Positions 8,470 through 17,167 of a stretch of DNA of 64,000 nt are shown here, one piece after another; positions within the stretch are counted from its first letter, which is position 1, and each line of letters opens with the position of its first letter. The stretch lies in the NCBI GenBank assembly GCA_043820815.1, contig JBDRDJ010000020.1, positions 23,436 through 87,435 of the forward strand, read 5' to 3'. The DNA is from Candidatus Omnitrophota bacterium. Its GTDB lineage: Bacteria; Omnitrophota; Gorgyraeia; Duberdicusellales; 4484-171. Both the position numbers and the translations under genes were made by a program. A model generated the notes under the pieces. That model had not been told where the DNA came from. It was given only the letters and a program-made list of their open reading frames with translations, and did no database searches.

Positions 8470-9975
8470 ATGGCAAAACAGAAGCTTATTATTTTCGATA
8501 CAACCCTGCGTGACGGCGAACAGGCGCCGGGGGCAGCATTAACTTCCCAGCAGAAACTCGAGGTGGCTTTCCAGCTGGAAAAGCTCGGCGTGGATATTAT
8601 TGAGGCGGGTTTTCCCATAGCCAGCCCGGATGATTCAAGGGGTGTTTCTTTGGTCGCACGTTCAATGAAGGCAGCTGCCGTTTGCGGCCTTGCACGCTGC
8701 CTTAAGCCGGATATCGAGGCTGTAAGAAGCGCCCTTAAGAAAGCAAGTCACCCGCGTATCCATATTTTCCTTGCTACATCTAAAATACACCTTAAATATA
8801 AATTCCGCAAAGCGGAAGATGAGATTCTTGAGCTTGCGAAAAAAGCAACTGTTTGCGCCAGGAACTTTTTTGATGACATTGAGTTTTCCCCTGAAGATGC
8901 TACCCGCTCAGAGCGTGATTTTTTATTTAAGGTAGTTGAGGCGGCAATATCAAAAGGAGCGCGTACGATTAATATCCCAGACACGGTAGGTTATAGCTAC
9001 CCCAGTGAGATTTACTCTTTGATAGAAGATATTCTGAATAATGTCCCTAATATCAACAAGGCAGTTATTTCAATTCACTGCCATGATGACCTGGGAATGG
9101 CTGTTGCAAATTCTCTATCAGCAGTCTTGGCCGGTGCGCGTCAGGTGCACTGCACGATTAACGGAATCGGCGAGCGTGCCGGCAATGCTTCTCTGGAAGA
9201 AATAGTAATGGCGGTTAAGACACGAAAAGATGCCTTTAATAAAGTTTTAACTACCGTAAATACGAAAGAGATTTGCCGTACATCACGCCTGGTAAGCAAT
9301 CTTACGGGTTTTGTTGTTCCTCCAAATAAGGCTATCGTAGGAAGAAATGCTTTCTCTCACGAGTCAGGTATCCACCAGGATGCAGTTATAAAGAAAAGGA
9401 TAACTTATGAGATAATGAACCCTAAAGATGTCGGGACAGGCAAGAGTGAGCTTGTGCTGGGCAAACATTCCGGAAGGCACGCCCTCTTAAAGCGGCTGAA
9501 GGAATTAGGATTTGTGTTCGACGACAAGAAGATTAAAGTTATTTTCAAGCGCTTTAAGGACTTGGCTGACAAAAAGAAATCAATTTTTGATGATGACCTT
9601 GTGGCTTTAGCAGAAGAAGAAGCCGGCCAGAGGCGCAAAACTTATGAGCTCAAGGCAATAGAGGTAAACACCGGTACGGATATAGTGCCTCAGGCTTTAG
9701 TTAAGATACGCTATAAACGGAAAGTTCAATGTGCCAAGTCTGTGGGCGACGGGCCCGTAGATGCGTGTTACAAGGCAGTCGATAAAATTACGGGCATTAA
9801 AGCAAAACTCCTCAACTATAAGCTTGAAGCAGTCACCAGAGGTAAAGACGCCCAGGGCCTTGTCAGGGCCGAGATTAAAGTAAAAAATAGGATTTTAATA
9901 GGCAGGGGCGCGAGCACTGATATACTCGAAGCTTCGGTAAAAGCTTACCTAGATGCATTGAATAAAGCAATTTGA
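8470..9975 (+). CDS. leuA: 2-isopropylmalate synthase
   Basis: IFDTTLRDGEQAPG, HCHDDLGMAVANS and a C-terminal LeuA allosteric domain. Confidence 0.93.
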   Translation: MAKQKLIIFDTTLRDGEQAPGAALTSQQKLEVAFQLEKLGVDIIEAGFPIASPDDSRGVSLVARSMKAAAVCGLARCLKPDIEAVRSALKKASHPRIHIFLATSKIHLKYKFRKAEDEILELAKKATVCARNFFDDIEFSPEDATRSERDFLFKVVEAAISKGARTINIPDTVGYSYPSEIYSLIEDILNNVPNINKAVISIHCHDDLGMAVANSLSAVLAGARQVHCTINGIGERAGNASLEEIVMAVKTRKDAFNKVLTTVNTKEICRTSRLVSNLTGFVVPPNKAIVGRNAFSHESGIHQDAVIKKRITYEIMNPKDVGTGKSELVLGKHSGRHALLKRLKELGFVFDDKKIKVIFKRFKDLADKKKSIFDDDLVALAEEEAGQRRKTYELKAIEVNTGTDIVPQALVKIRYKRKVQCAKSVGDGPVDACYKAVDKITGIKAKLLNYKLEAVTRGKDAQGLVRAEIKVKNRILIGRGASTDILEASVKAYLDALNKAI

Positions 9976-10055
9976 TTAGACCAAAGGAAATAAATGTTAT
10001 TACCAATTTACATTTTATATTAAGGCCTGTGGTCTTTTATCTGTAGTCTGATCAT

Positions 10056-10535
10056 ATGAAGATAGGTTTACACAAGTATTTAATTAATATCATCGCTCTT
10101 ATCGTTCTTGCCGGTTTGATTGTGGGCATTTTGCAGTTTAAGGATTCATCGGCTTTTGATTCTTTAATGCAAAAATCCGAAAAATTTACCCGCCATATAA
10201 AAGGTTTTATCAATGCCCAAAAGCACAACATAGAAATGGATACATCTAAACGCAGGAAGAGGCCTCTAACCTTAATAGAGAAAGAGGAATCGCTGCGTGC
10301 TTACATACCTGATGTTTTTGGTAAATTCAATGATTCAGAATGGAAAGAATTCTGGAGTGCTATTTATGAACCGGTAAAAACCAAACAAGGAGTTTTTTCT
10401 ATTAAACGCAGAAGCACTCGCGATGAAGTCGAAAGTTATTTGCGTAACCGTTACCCAAACCCTTTTTCATATTTTAAGAAAAACCACTGGGATGAAATGT
10501 GGATTATGATTGATATTTCGTGGGATAATGAGTAG
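10056..10535 (+). CDS. hypothetical small membrane-anchored protein
   Basis: 159-aa ORF with an N-terminal TM helix (IIALIVLAGLIVGIL). No recognisable domain. It overlaps the aroE start. Confidence 0.5.
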   Translation: MKIGLHKYLINIIALIVLAGLIVGILQFKDSSAFDSLMQKSEKFTRHIKGFINAQKHNIEMDTSKRRKRPLTLIEKEESLRAYIPDVFGKFNDSEWKEFWSAIYEPVKTKQGVFSIKRRSTRDEVESYLRNRYPNPFSYFKKNHWDEMWIMIDISWDNE

Positions 10536-11493
10536 CACCGTTAACAGTAAACTTTATGGATTAATCGGTTTTCCGGTCAGGCATTCACTATCTGCCTCGA
10601 TGCATAACGCGGCATTCAATTATATGGGTATAAACGCCAGTTACCGTTTATTTGAGATAGAACCGGATCAATTAAAAGTATTTCTTCTTAAGCCTTCTAA
10701 GAAGGTTTGCGATACATCGGGAGAATGTTTTGCCGCTCAGGATATATTAGGATTTAATGTCACAATACCTTATAAGATAAAAGTAAAAGAAATATTAGAG
10801 GATTTAAACCCCGAAGAAGCAGTCATCGGCGAAGAGCCGGCTGCAGAGGCCAATAGTGATCAGACGCAGTGGGATAAAATGGTTTCATCGGCGGTTAATA
10901 CTGTGTGTAGAAAAGAGGGCGGTTTTTCTTTGTATAATACAGACGCCCAGGGTTTCTTAATGTCTTTAGAAAGAGAGATGGGATTTTCCCATACCGGAAA
11001 GGATATTATGCTTTTAGGATGCGGCGGAGCCGGCAGGGCCGTTGTCGCGGCGCTTACGTATTTTGAAAAGCCTGCCCGCCGTGTGTATATTTTTGAAAAT
11101 AACGCCTTGGCTCTTAAGCCGGCACAGGATCATTTCCGAAAGTTTAAATTTCTTTCTAGCATAGTGCGCTTTATCTCTAAAGAGGAGATAGGACAAAAGA
11201 TACGGCAATGCCATTTACTGGTTAACGCGACTCCTGTGGGCATGAACAAAGGCGACCCTTCGCCTATAGATAACGAGTTTCTTCATAAGGATATATCTGT
11301 CTATGATGTAGTTTATAACCGCAATACCGAGCTTGTAAGCCAGGCAGTTAAGCGCTGCCAATCGGCTTGCACAGGGTTAGGCATGCTTCTGTACCAGGGT
11401 GTCCTGGCATGGCAGTTATGGATTGATAAGGCCGCTCCGGTCGAAGTCATGAGACAGGCTCTTAATAAATCAATTGGAGGGATGAAAAACTGA
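10528..11493 (+). CDS. aroE: shikimate dehydrogenase
   Basis: GLIGFPVRHSLS, GFNVTIPYK, AVNTV, NTDAQG and GCGGAGRA motifs. The start is ambiguous (10510 or 10528). It contains an atypical ~20-aa insertion (see findings). Confidence 0.85.
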   Translation: MSSTVNSKLYGLIGFPVRHSLSASMHNAAFNYMGINASYRLFEIEPDQLKVFLLKPSKKVCDTSGECFAAQDILGFNVTIPYKIKVKEILEDLNPEEAVIGEEPAAEANSDQTQWDKMVSSAVNTVCRKEGGFSLYNTDAQGFLMSLEREMGFSHTGKDIMLLGCGGAGRAVVAALTYFEKPARRVYIFENNALALKPAQDHFRKFKFLSSIVRFISKEEIGQKIRQCHLLVNATPVGMNKGDPSPIDNEFLHKDISVYDVVYNRNTELVSQAVKRCQSACTGLGMLLYQGVLAWQLWIDKAAPVEVMRQALNKSIGGMKN

Positions 11494-12320
11494 TGGTTTT
11501 GATTGAGAGAATATTTGTGTTTTTCTTCGGTGTATGCTTCGGCAGCTTTCTCAATGTTTGTATTTACCGGTTACCTAAAGATAAGTCTGTTATCCTGCCG
11601 CGGTCGTTCTGCCCGCATTGCAATCAATCTCTAAAGTGGTATGACAATATTCCCGTAATCAGCTTTATGGCCTTAAGAGGTAAATGCAGGTTTTGTAAGG
11701 AAAAAATTTCTTTTAGATACCCTTTGGTTGAATTAATCACGGCAGTTTTAATTTTAGTGTTGTATATTCAGTTTGGAATTTCCCTTTTATTTGTGAAATT
11801 AGCTTTTCTTTTTTGCATTCTTATAGTGGTTTCTTTTATAGATATTGATTATCATGCCATACCGGCCTATTTGTGTGTCCTTGGGATAATCACAGGGCTT
11901 ATTATGTCTTTGGCAGAAAGCGTAAGCATGTTTAAAGATGGGATAACGCCATTAGGAAAACTGCCTGTTATGGGAGCATGGTACGGGCTGATAGCCGGGC
12001 TGGGGTTTACCTATCTATTTAAACTCTTTGGCGATTTCTTTATAAACATTTACTTAACATTAAGAAAAAAAGATTCTATTGAAGGCGAGCGCGAGTCTCT
12101 TGGCCTCGGTGATGTTGATTTCATGGGGATGATAGGGGCTTTCTTGGGAATAAAAGTTGCAATTCTTGTTTTCTTTATCGCGCCTTTTATCGCGATCGTA
12201 TATTCGATTTTCGCAATTATATTTAAGAAATCTCATCTTATACCGTATTTGCCTTATTTATCTCTGGCAACATTAGTCGTATTTTTCTGGGGAGATGTGA
12301 TACTCAGGATTATTTTTTGA
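11493..12320 (+). CDS. pilD: prepilin peptidase / N-methyltransferase (peptidase A24)
   Basis: N-terminal Cys-motif region (CPHCNQSLKWYDNIPVISF..RGKCRFCKEKIS) followed by polytopic membrane domain with GLGDVDFMGMIGAFLG. Confidence 0.9.
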   Translation: MVLIERIFVFFFGVCFGSFLNVCIYRLPKDKSVILPRSFCPHCNQSLKWYDNIPVISFMALRGKCRFCKEKISFRYPLVELITAVLILVLYIQFGISLLFVKLAFLFCILIVVSFIDIDYHAIPAYLCVLGIITGLIMSLAESVSMFKDGITPLGKLPVMGAWYGLIAGLGFTYLFKLFGDFFINIYLTLRKKDSIEGERESLGLGDVDFMGMIGAFLGIKVAILVFFIAPFIAIVYSIFAIIFKKSHLIPYLPYLSLATLVVFFWGDVILRIIF

Positions 12321-12382
12321 TTGGACGATATAATTTTAACTATGATCAGTGGTTTGAAGGCAAATAAAAAAAAGGGGGCGCA

Positions 12383-13513
12383 ATGCGCATATTAACGGCA
12401 GGGGAGTCGCACGGCTTGTATGAAGTTGCGATTGTTGAGGGTTTTCCTGAAGGGGTAAAGATAGAAAGAGCTTTCATCGATAGAGAATTGAAGAGGAGAA
12501 TGTCGGGTTTCGGCCGCGGCAAACGAATGGAGATAGAGCAGGATTCGGTTGAGATAGTAAGCGGCCTTCGAAATAAGATTACCTTAGGAAGCCCCGTTGC
12601 CTTATTAGTTAAAAATCGCGACTCAAAAATCATTCCTTTTGAAAAAGATTCCTTACCCGCCCTTACAGTTCCCCGGCCTGCGCATGCGGACCTCGCCGGG
12701 GTGCTTAAATACGGCGCAAGCGACATCAGAAATATTCTAGAGAGGGCATCTGCCAGAGAAACGGTAATGAGGGTGGCGGTTGGTTCCATATGTAAACAAT
12801 TTCTTTCGAAATTTAACATTAGAATAGCCGCTTTTACCGTAGCGATAGGGAGTGTTTTAAGCACTAAGAAGCCGCTTAGCGTGAGGGAAATCGAACAAAA
12901 CACAAAAGATTCGCTCCTTCAGTGTATAGATAAAAAGTGTGAGCAGTTTATGGTAAAAGAGATAAAGAATGCACGGGAATCTTTAGACAGTTTAGGAGGG
13001 GTGATTGAAGTTTGGACAGAGGGAGTTTTGCCGGGATTGGGAAGCTGCATGTATTTTGACCGCAGGCTCGACAGCAGGATCGCTGCTTATATAATGAGTA
13101 TCCCCGCGGTAAAAGGTATTGAGTTTGGATTAGGCTTTGAATATGCCCGAAAAACCGGTTCTAAGGCGCATGATCCTATAAGTTACGGTTCTGCCAGAGG
13201 CTTTTACCATACAACGAATAACTCGGGGGGCATAGAAGGCGGCATTTCTACGGGTGAGCCGATTGTATTGAGGCTTGCCATGAAGCCAATCCCAACATTA
13301 CAGAAACCCCTTGATTCCGTGGATATAATTACCAGAAAGAAAAAAAAGGCGCATATTGAGCGTTCTGACACCTGCGCTGTCAGCGCCTGCGGGGTAATAG
13401 CTGAAAATATGCTCGCAATAGCAATAGCAGATAGTTTCCTTGATAAATTCGGATGTGACAGCTTGGCAGAAATCAACCGCAACTATAATAATTATAAAAA
13501 GAAATTAAATTAG
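12383..13513 (+). CDS. aroC: chorismate synthase
   Basis: MRILTAGESHG start, RPAHAD and GGISTGEPI motifs. Confidence 0.95.
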   Translation: MRILTAGESHGLYEVAIVEGFPEGVKIERAFIDRELKRRMSGFGRGKRMEIEQDSVEIVSGLRNKITLGSPVALLVKNRDSKIIPFEKDSLPALTVPRPAHADLAGVLKYGASDIRNILERASARETVMRVAVGSICKQFLSKFNIRIAAFTVAIGSVLSTKKPLSVREIEQNTKDSLLQCIDKKCEQFMVKEIKNARESLDSLGGVIEVWTEGVLPGLGSCMYFDRRLDSRIAAYIMSIPAVKGIEFGLGFEYARKTGSKAHDPISYGSARGFYHTTNNSGGIEGGISTGEPIVLRLAMKPIPTLQKPLDSVDIITRKKKKAHIERSDTCAVSACGVIAENMLAIAIADSFLDKFGCDSLAEINRNYNNYKKKLN

Positions 13514-13622
13514 AAACCTTGGGCTTCCTTCCTTGCCCGCCGTTTACCGGCCGCCATGCCGGCAGTATCTTTCGGTTATGGCAGCAATACCCGCTTTAAA
13601 TTAAAAATCATTTTTTTATATT

Positions 13623-14966
13623 ATGGAAAGCAAATATAAAAGCGCGGTTAACTATCTGGAATCTTTTGTTAATTACGAAAGAAAGAACATTACTTCTTAC
13701 CAAAAGGAAATAAAGCTTGAACGTGTAAAGCGGTTATTAAAAGAATTAGACATTTCTTATGAAAAACTAAAAGTTATCCATATTGCCGGAACAAAAGGCA
13801 AGGGTTCAACTGCCGGTTATTGCGCTTTTTTGCTGTCTGCTTTAGGATATAAAGTAGGTTTGTTTACTTCTCCGCATTTTTTTGATGTGAGGGAGAGAAT
13901 CGTAATTAAGAAACCAGTAACCAGTAACCAGAAACCAGAGAAGGAGATGATTGCAAAGAGGGATTTGGCAAGGATAGTTGATGAATTTAAGCCAAAAATA
14001 AAGAGATTTTCGCGCTTATCCAAATTTGGTAAGCCTACTTTTTTTGAGGTATATACAGCGGTTGCTTTCAAGTATTTCCTTGAGCAAAATGCCGATTATA
14101 CTGTTTTAGAAACCGGTATGGGCGGAAGGTTAGATGCAACAAATGTTACAAAACCTCTTCTTTGCATATTAACTCATATAGGTTATGACCACACGCATAT
14201 CTTAGGTAAAAAGATTTCCCAGATAGCCTCGGAGAAAGCCGGTATCTTTAAGCCCGGTGTTTTTGCCGTATCAGCTCCTCAAGAAAAATCAGCTTCCGGT
14301 ATAATTATAAAAAAAGCAAAAGAAAATAACATAAACGTGCAATTTCTGAATAGGGATTTTTCAGTATGCAATATAAGGATTAAGAGTAATTATACTGTTT
14401 TTGATGCGCAATTGCCGGGAATTTTATTGAAAAATGTTAAAGTAAGCCTTAAAGGCAAAGAACAGATTGATAATTCAGCTTTGGCTTTAGCGGGTATTTC
14501 TTTGATAGAGCCTTTAAAGTTAGCCCAAAATAAGCATAAAGCCCTTAAAGCTTTAAGGAATACTTCTATTGCGGGCAGATTCGAGCAGGTAAGCAAGAAT
14601 CCTCTGATTGTAGTTGATACGGCCCATAATCCTTCATCATTTACCGTGCTTGCCGAGAGCCTGAGAATTTATTATCCTTTCAAAAAGATTATTTTGATAT
14701 TTGCCGCCTCTTCGGATAAAGACATAAAAAATATGCTTCCAAAAATTAATTACTCCCATATAATATTAACCTCATTCAGCTCACCGCGCAGCTTAAACCC
14801 TTTGCAGGCAGCCCGAATATGCCGCCTTAAAGATGCACTCTATGCAGAAAACATAAAAGAAGCATTTCAATCAGCAAAGGGGCTTTATAAAAAAGATTCT
14901 TTAATTTTAGTCAGCGGTTCATTCTTCCTTGTGGCAGAGGCGATGCGGCTGCTTAAAACAAAATGA
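13623..14966 (+). CDS. folC: folylpolyglutamate synthase / dihydrofolate synthase
   Basis: Mur-ligase P-loop HIAGTKGKGST and ETGMGGRLDATN. It carries an in-frame AACCAGW heptamer array at 13912-13939. Confidence 0.88.
   Translation: MESKYKSAVNYLESFVNYERKNITSYQKEIKLERVKRLLKELDISYEKLKVIHIAGTKGKGSTAGYCAFLLSALGYKVGLFTSPHFFDVRERIVIKKPVTSNQKPEKEMIAKRDLARIVDEFKPKIKRFSRLSKFGKPTFFEVYTAVAFKYFLEQNADYTVLETGMGGRLDATNVTKPLLCILTHIGYDHTHILGKKISQIASEKAGIFKPGVFAVSAPQEKSASGIIIKKAKENNINVQFLNRDFSVCNIRIKSNYTVFDAQLPGILLKNVKVSLKGKEQIDNSALALAGISLIEPLKLAQNKHKALKALRNTSIAGRFEQVSKNPLIVVDTAHNPSSFTVLAESLRIYYPFKKIILIFAASSDKDIKNMLPKINYSHIILTSFSSPRSLNPLQAARICRLKDALYAENIKEAFQSAKGLYKKDSLILVSGSFFLVAEAMRLLKTK
13912..13939 (+). 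repeat. tandem heptamers AACCAGT x2 + AACCAGA x2, in-frame inside folC
   Basis: Read directly from the sequence. A 19-nt string AGTAACCAGTAACCAGAAA is shared with 28106-28124. Confidence 0.8.
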
Positions 14967-16426
14967 ATACATTTAAGCTAAAGGACTACAATACCAAAGA
15001 TACCATAGCGGCAATTGCTACTTTTCCTTCAGCTTCTGCTATAGGCATTGTCAGGCTTTCGGGCAAGAACTCTTTACCCATTGTTTATAATATTTTCAAG
15101 CCAAGAAGAAAGAAGGATATAAGGAAAGTAAATACTTATACGCTTCATTACGGATGGATTGTTGCAGAAACCAGAGGCCAGAGGTCAGACGGATATACGC
15201 ATTCCGCAAACCGCAAACCGCATTCCGAAATAATAGATGAAGTTATCATAAGCGTTATGAAGGCGCCGAATTCTTATACCCGCGAGGATGTTGTAGAGAT
15301 TTCTTCCCATGGCGGCACGCTGGTATTAAATAAAATACTTGAGGTAATATTAAAGCAGGGTGCAAGGCTTGCCCTTCCGGGTGAGTTTACCTACAGGGCT
15401 TTCGTAAAAGGGAGGATCGACATCTTTCAGGCTGAAAGTGTATTCGATATAATCCAGGCCAAGAGCCAGGAAAGTTTAAATTTAGCTTTAAAGCAGCTTC
15501 GCGGTTTTAATTCGAAAATGATGGCTTGCCTTAAGGATAAGTTGGCAGAGTTATTTTCTAAAACAGAAGCTATCTTAAACTTTCCGGAAGACGAAGTTAA
15601 TTCTTCTAATAAAGATATAGAGGCAGGCATAAAAGAGTTAATCGGCCATTATGGCGGAATTGCTAAAGCAGCAAGAGATGCTAAAATTTTAAAGGAAGGC
15701 TTGAAATGTGTTATCTGCGGCAGGACAAATGCCGGCAAATCCACCCTTTTTAACCGCCTTTTAAAGGAGGAGAGGGTTATTGTAAGTAAGAGTGCAGGAA
15801 CTACCCGCGATGTCATTGAGGAGACAATTTATATAAAAGGCAATGCCTTGAGGATTTATGATACAGCCGGTATATTAGAGCCAAAAGATTTGATTGCTAA
15901 AAAGGCAATTAAGAAAACAGTCGATATATTTAACGAATCGGATTTAGTTATCTTTGTCCTGGATGGTTCGAAAAGGTTAAACAAAGATGACTTATTCCTG
16001 CTCGGGAAAGTTAAGAACCGAAATTCAATTATTGTTATAAATAAAGCTGACCTTCCCGGGAAGGTTGAACGCCGCCGGATACGTAATCTTTTAGGCGCCT
16101 CATCAGGTATGTTTCGAATAATACATTTAAGCGCGCTTCGTGATTTGGGAATAAAAAAACTGGAGAATGCCGTAAGTTACATAGCGGGCAGGCAGGATAT
16201 AAACAGGCATAATATGATTTTCTTAAGCAAGTACCAGGAACAGGTGCTGGCCGAAATATTAAGAAACCTAAAGAAAGCAGAGCAGTATCTAAAAGAGGGC
16301 TACACATACGACTTTATTAATTTATCTTTAAGGTCAGCATTGGATTCAACAGGAAAGCTTGCCGGCCATGTCTTTTCGGAGGATATGCTTGATGGAATAT
16401 TTTCTAAGTTTTGTATTGGTAAATAA
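14963..16426 (+). CDS. mnmE: tRNA modification GTPase MnmE
   Basis: DTIAAIAT N-terminal domain, G-domain GRTNAGKSTLFN and DTAG, and C-terminal CIGK. ATGA overlap with folC. In-frame heptamer arrays at 15169-15226. Confidence 0.93.
   Translation: MNTFKLKDYNTKDTIAAIATFPSASAIGIVRLSGKNSLPIVYNIFKPRRKKDIRKVNTYTLHYGWIVAETRGQRSDGYTHSANRKPHSEIIDEVIISVMKAPNSYTREDVVEISSHGGTLVLNKILEVILKQGARLALPGEFTYRAFVKGRIDIFQAESVFDIIQAKSQESLNLALKQLRGFNSKMMACLKDKLAELFSKTEAILNFPEDEVNSSNKDIEAGIKELIGHYGGIAKAARDAKILKEGLKCVICGRTNAGKSTLFNRLLKEERVIVSKSAGTTRDVIEETIYIKGNALRIYDTAGILEPKDLIAKKAIKKTVDIFNESDLVIFVLDGSKRLNKDDLFLLGKVKNRNSIIVINKADLPGKVERRRIRNLLGASSGMFRIIHLSALRDLGIKKLENAVSYIAGRQDINRHNMIFLSKYQEQVLAEILRNLKKAEQYLKEGYTYDFINLSLRSALDSTGKLAGHVFSEDMLDGIFSKFCIGK
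15169..15226 (+). repeat. two tandem heptamer arrays inside mnmE: AACCAGA GGCCAGA GGTCAGA (15169-15189) and CGCATTC CGCAAAC CGCAAAC CGCATTC (15199-15226)
   Basis: Read directly from the sequence. They encode part of a ~19-aa insertion not present in the E. coli MnmE N-domain as I recall it. Confidence 0.8.
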
Positions 16427-16481
16427 ATGAGGCAGCATCTTTTGCCGAGAGTAGCGAGAGCAAAAGTGCGTAGCCGAATTT

Positions 16482-16526
16482 ACCCTGAGCGGAGTCCAGA
16501 CGATAGTCTGGACGCAGTCGAAGGGT
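16482..16526 (+). repeat. nested hairpin ACCCT..GTCCAGAC-GATA-GTCTGGAC..AGGGT in mnmE-folE spacer
   Basis: Inner 8-bp stem (16494-16501/16506-16513) with a GATA loop, and an outer 5-bp stem (16482-16486/16522-16526). Confidence 0.6.
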
Positions 16527-16547
16527 GAAAAGAAAGGCGGTAAACAA

Positions 16548-17105
16548 ATGGACAAAAAAAAGATCGAGAAGGCAATCAAAATGCTGCTGGAGGCATTCGG
16601 GCAAGACTTAAATAGAAAGGATATACAGGATACCCCCAAGAGGGTTTCCGATATGTATGAGGAAATATTAAGCGGCCAGAATAAACTCCCGGAGCAAGAA
16701 CTCGATGTTGTACTTGAGCAAAAGCACGATGAGATAATTCTTCTTAAGAATATTGCCATACAGAGCATTTGCGAGCATCACCTGCTTCCGTTTATAGGAA
16801 AAGCCCACGTTGCCTATATACCCGATAAACGTATTACCGGATTGAGCAAGATAGCCCGCGTTGTAGATGTGCTTTCTAAACGCCTTCAGGTCCAGGAGAG
16901 GCTTACAACTGATATTGCCGACGTAATTATGAAGAAGCTTAAACCGAAAGGGGTAATGGTTATTGTTGAAGCAGAGCATCTTTGTATGTCAATGAGAGGA
17001 GTAAAAAAGCCCGGTACAACTACTATAACCTCGGTTGTCAGGGGGGTATTCCGCACCAATCCTAAGACCCGCCAGGAAACGCTCAGCCTTATATCTTCTT
17101 CTTAA
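16548..17105 (+). CDS. folE: GTP cyclohydrolase I (FolE type I)
   Basis: CEHHLLPF zinc and catalytic motif, with full-length similarity. Confidence 0.95.
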   Translation: MDKKKIEKAIKMLLEAFGQDLNRKDIQDTPKRVSDMYEEILSGQNKLPEQELDVVLEQKHDEIILLKNIAIQSICEHHLLPFIGKAHVAYIPDKRITGLSKIARVVDVLSKRLQVQERLTTDIADVIMKKLKPKGVMVIVEAEHLCMSMRGVKKPGTTTITSVVRGVFRTNPKTRQETLSLISSS

Positions 17106-17167
17106 ACATCAAAACCAACCCCTCAACTTGGGATTACGACCTTTTCCGAATATCGAAATTATCTAAT

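Noticed and set aside
12346-12903. Long antisense ORFs opposite well-supported genes: 185 aa opposite aroC, plus 721-1164, 16346-16768, 29573-30079 and 36940-37362.
   Set aside because: Each lies fully inside a strongly recognisable gene on the other strand. They have no SD, show low-complexity or Cys/Ser/Phe-rich translations, and carry no recognisable motif. They are most likely frame artefacts.
16440-16475. THF-riboswitch-like words (GAGUAG, GCGAGAGC) upstream of folE.
   Set aside because: The words are adjacent instead of being distributed across a roughly 90-nt three-way junction. The segment is too short to form the THF-I fold, and I could not match the folE-motif (THF-II) hairpin either.
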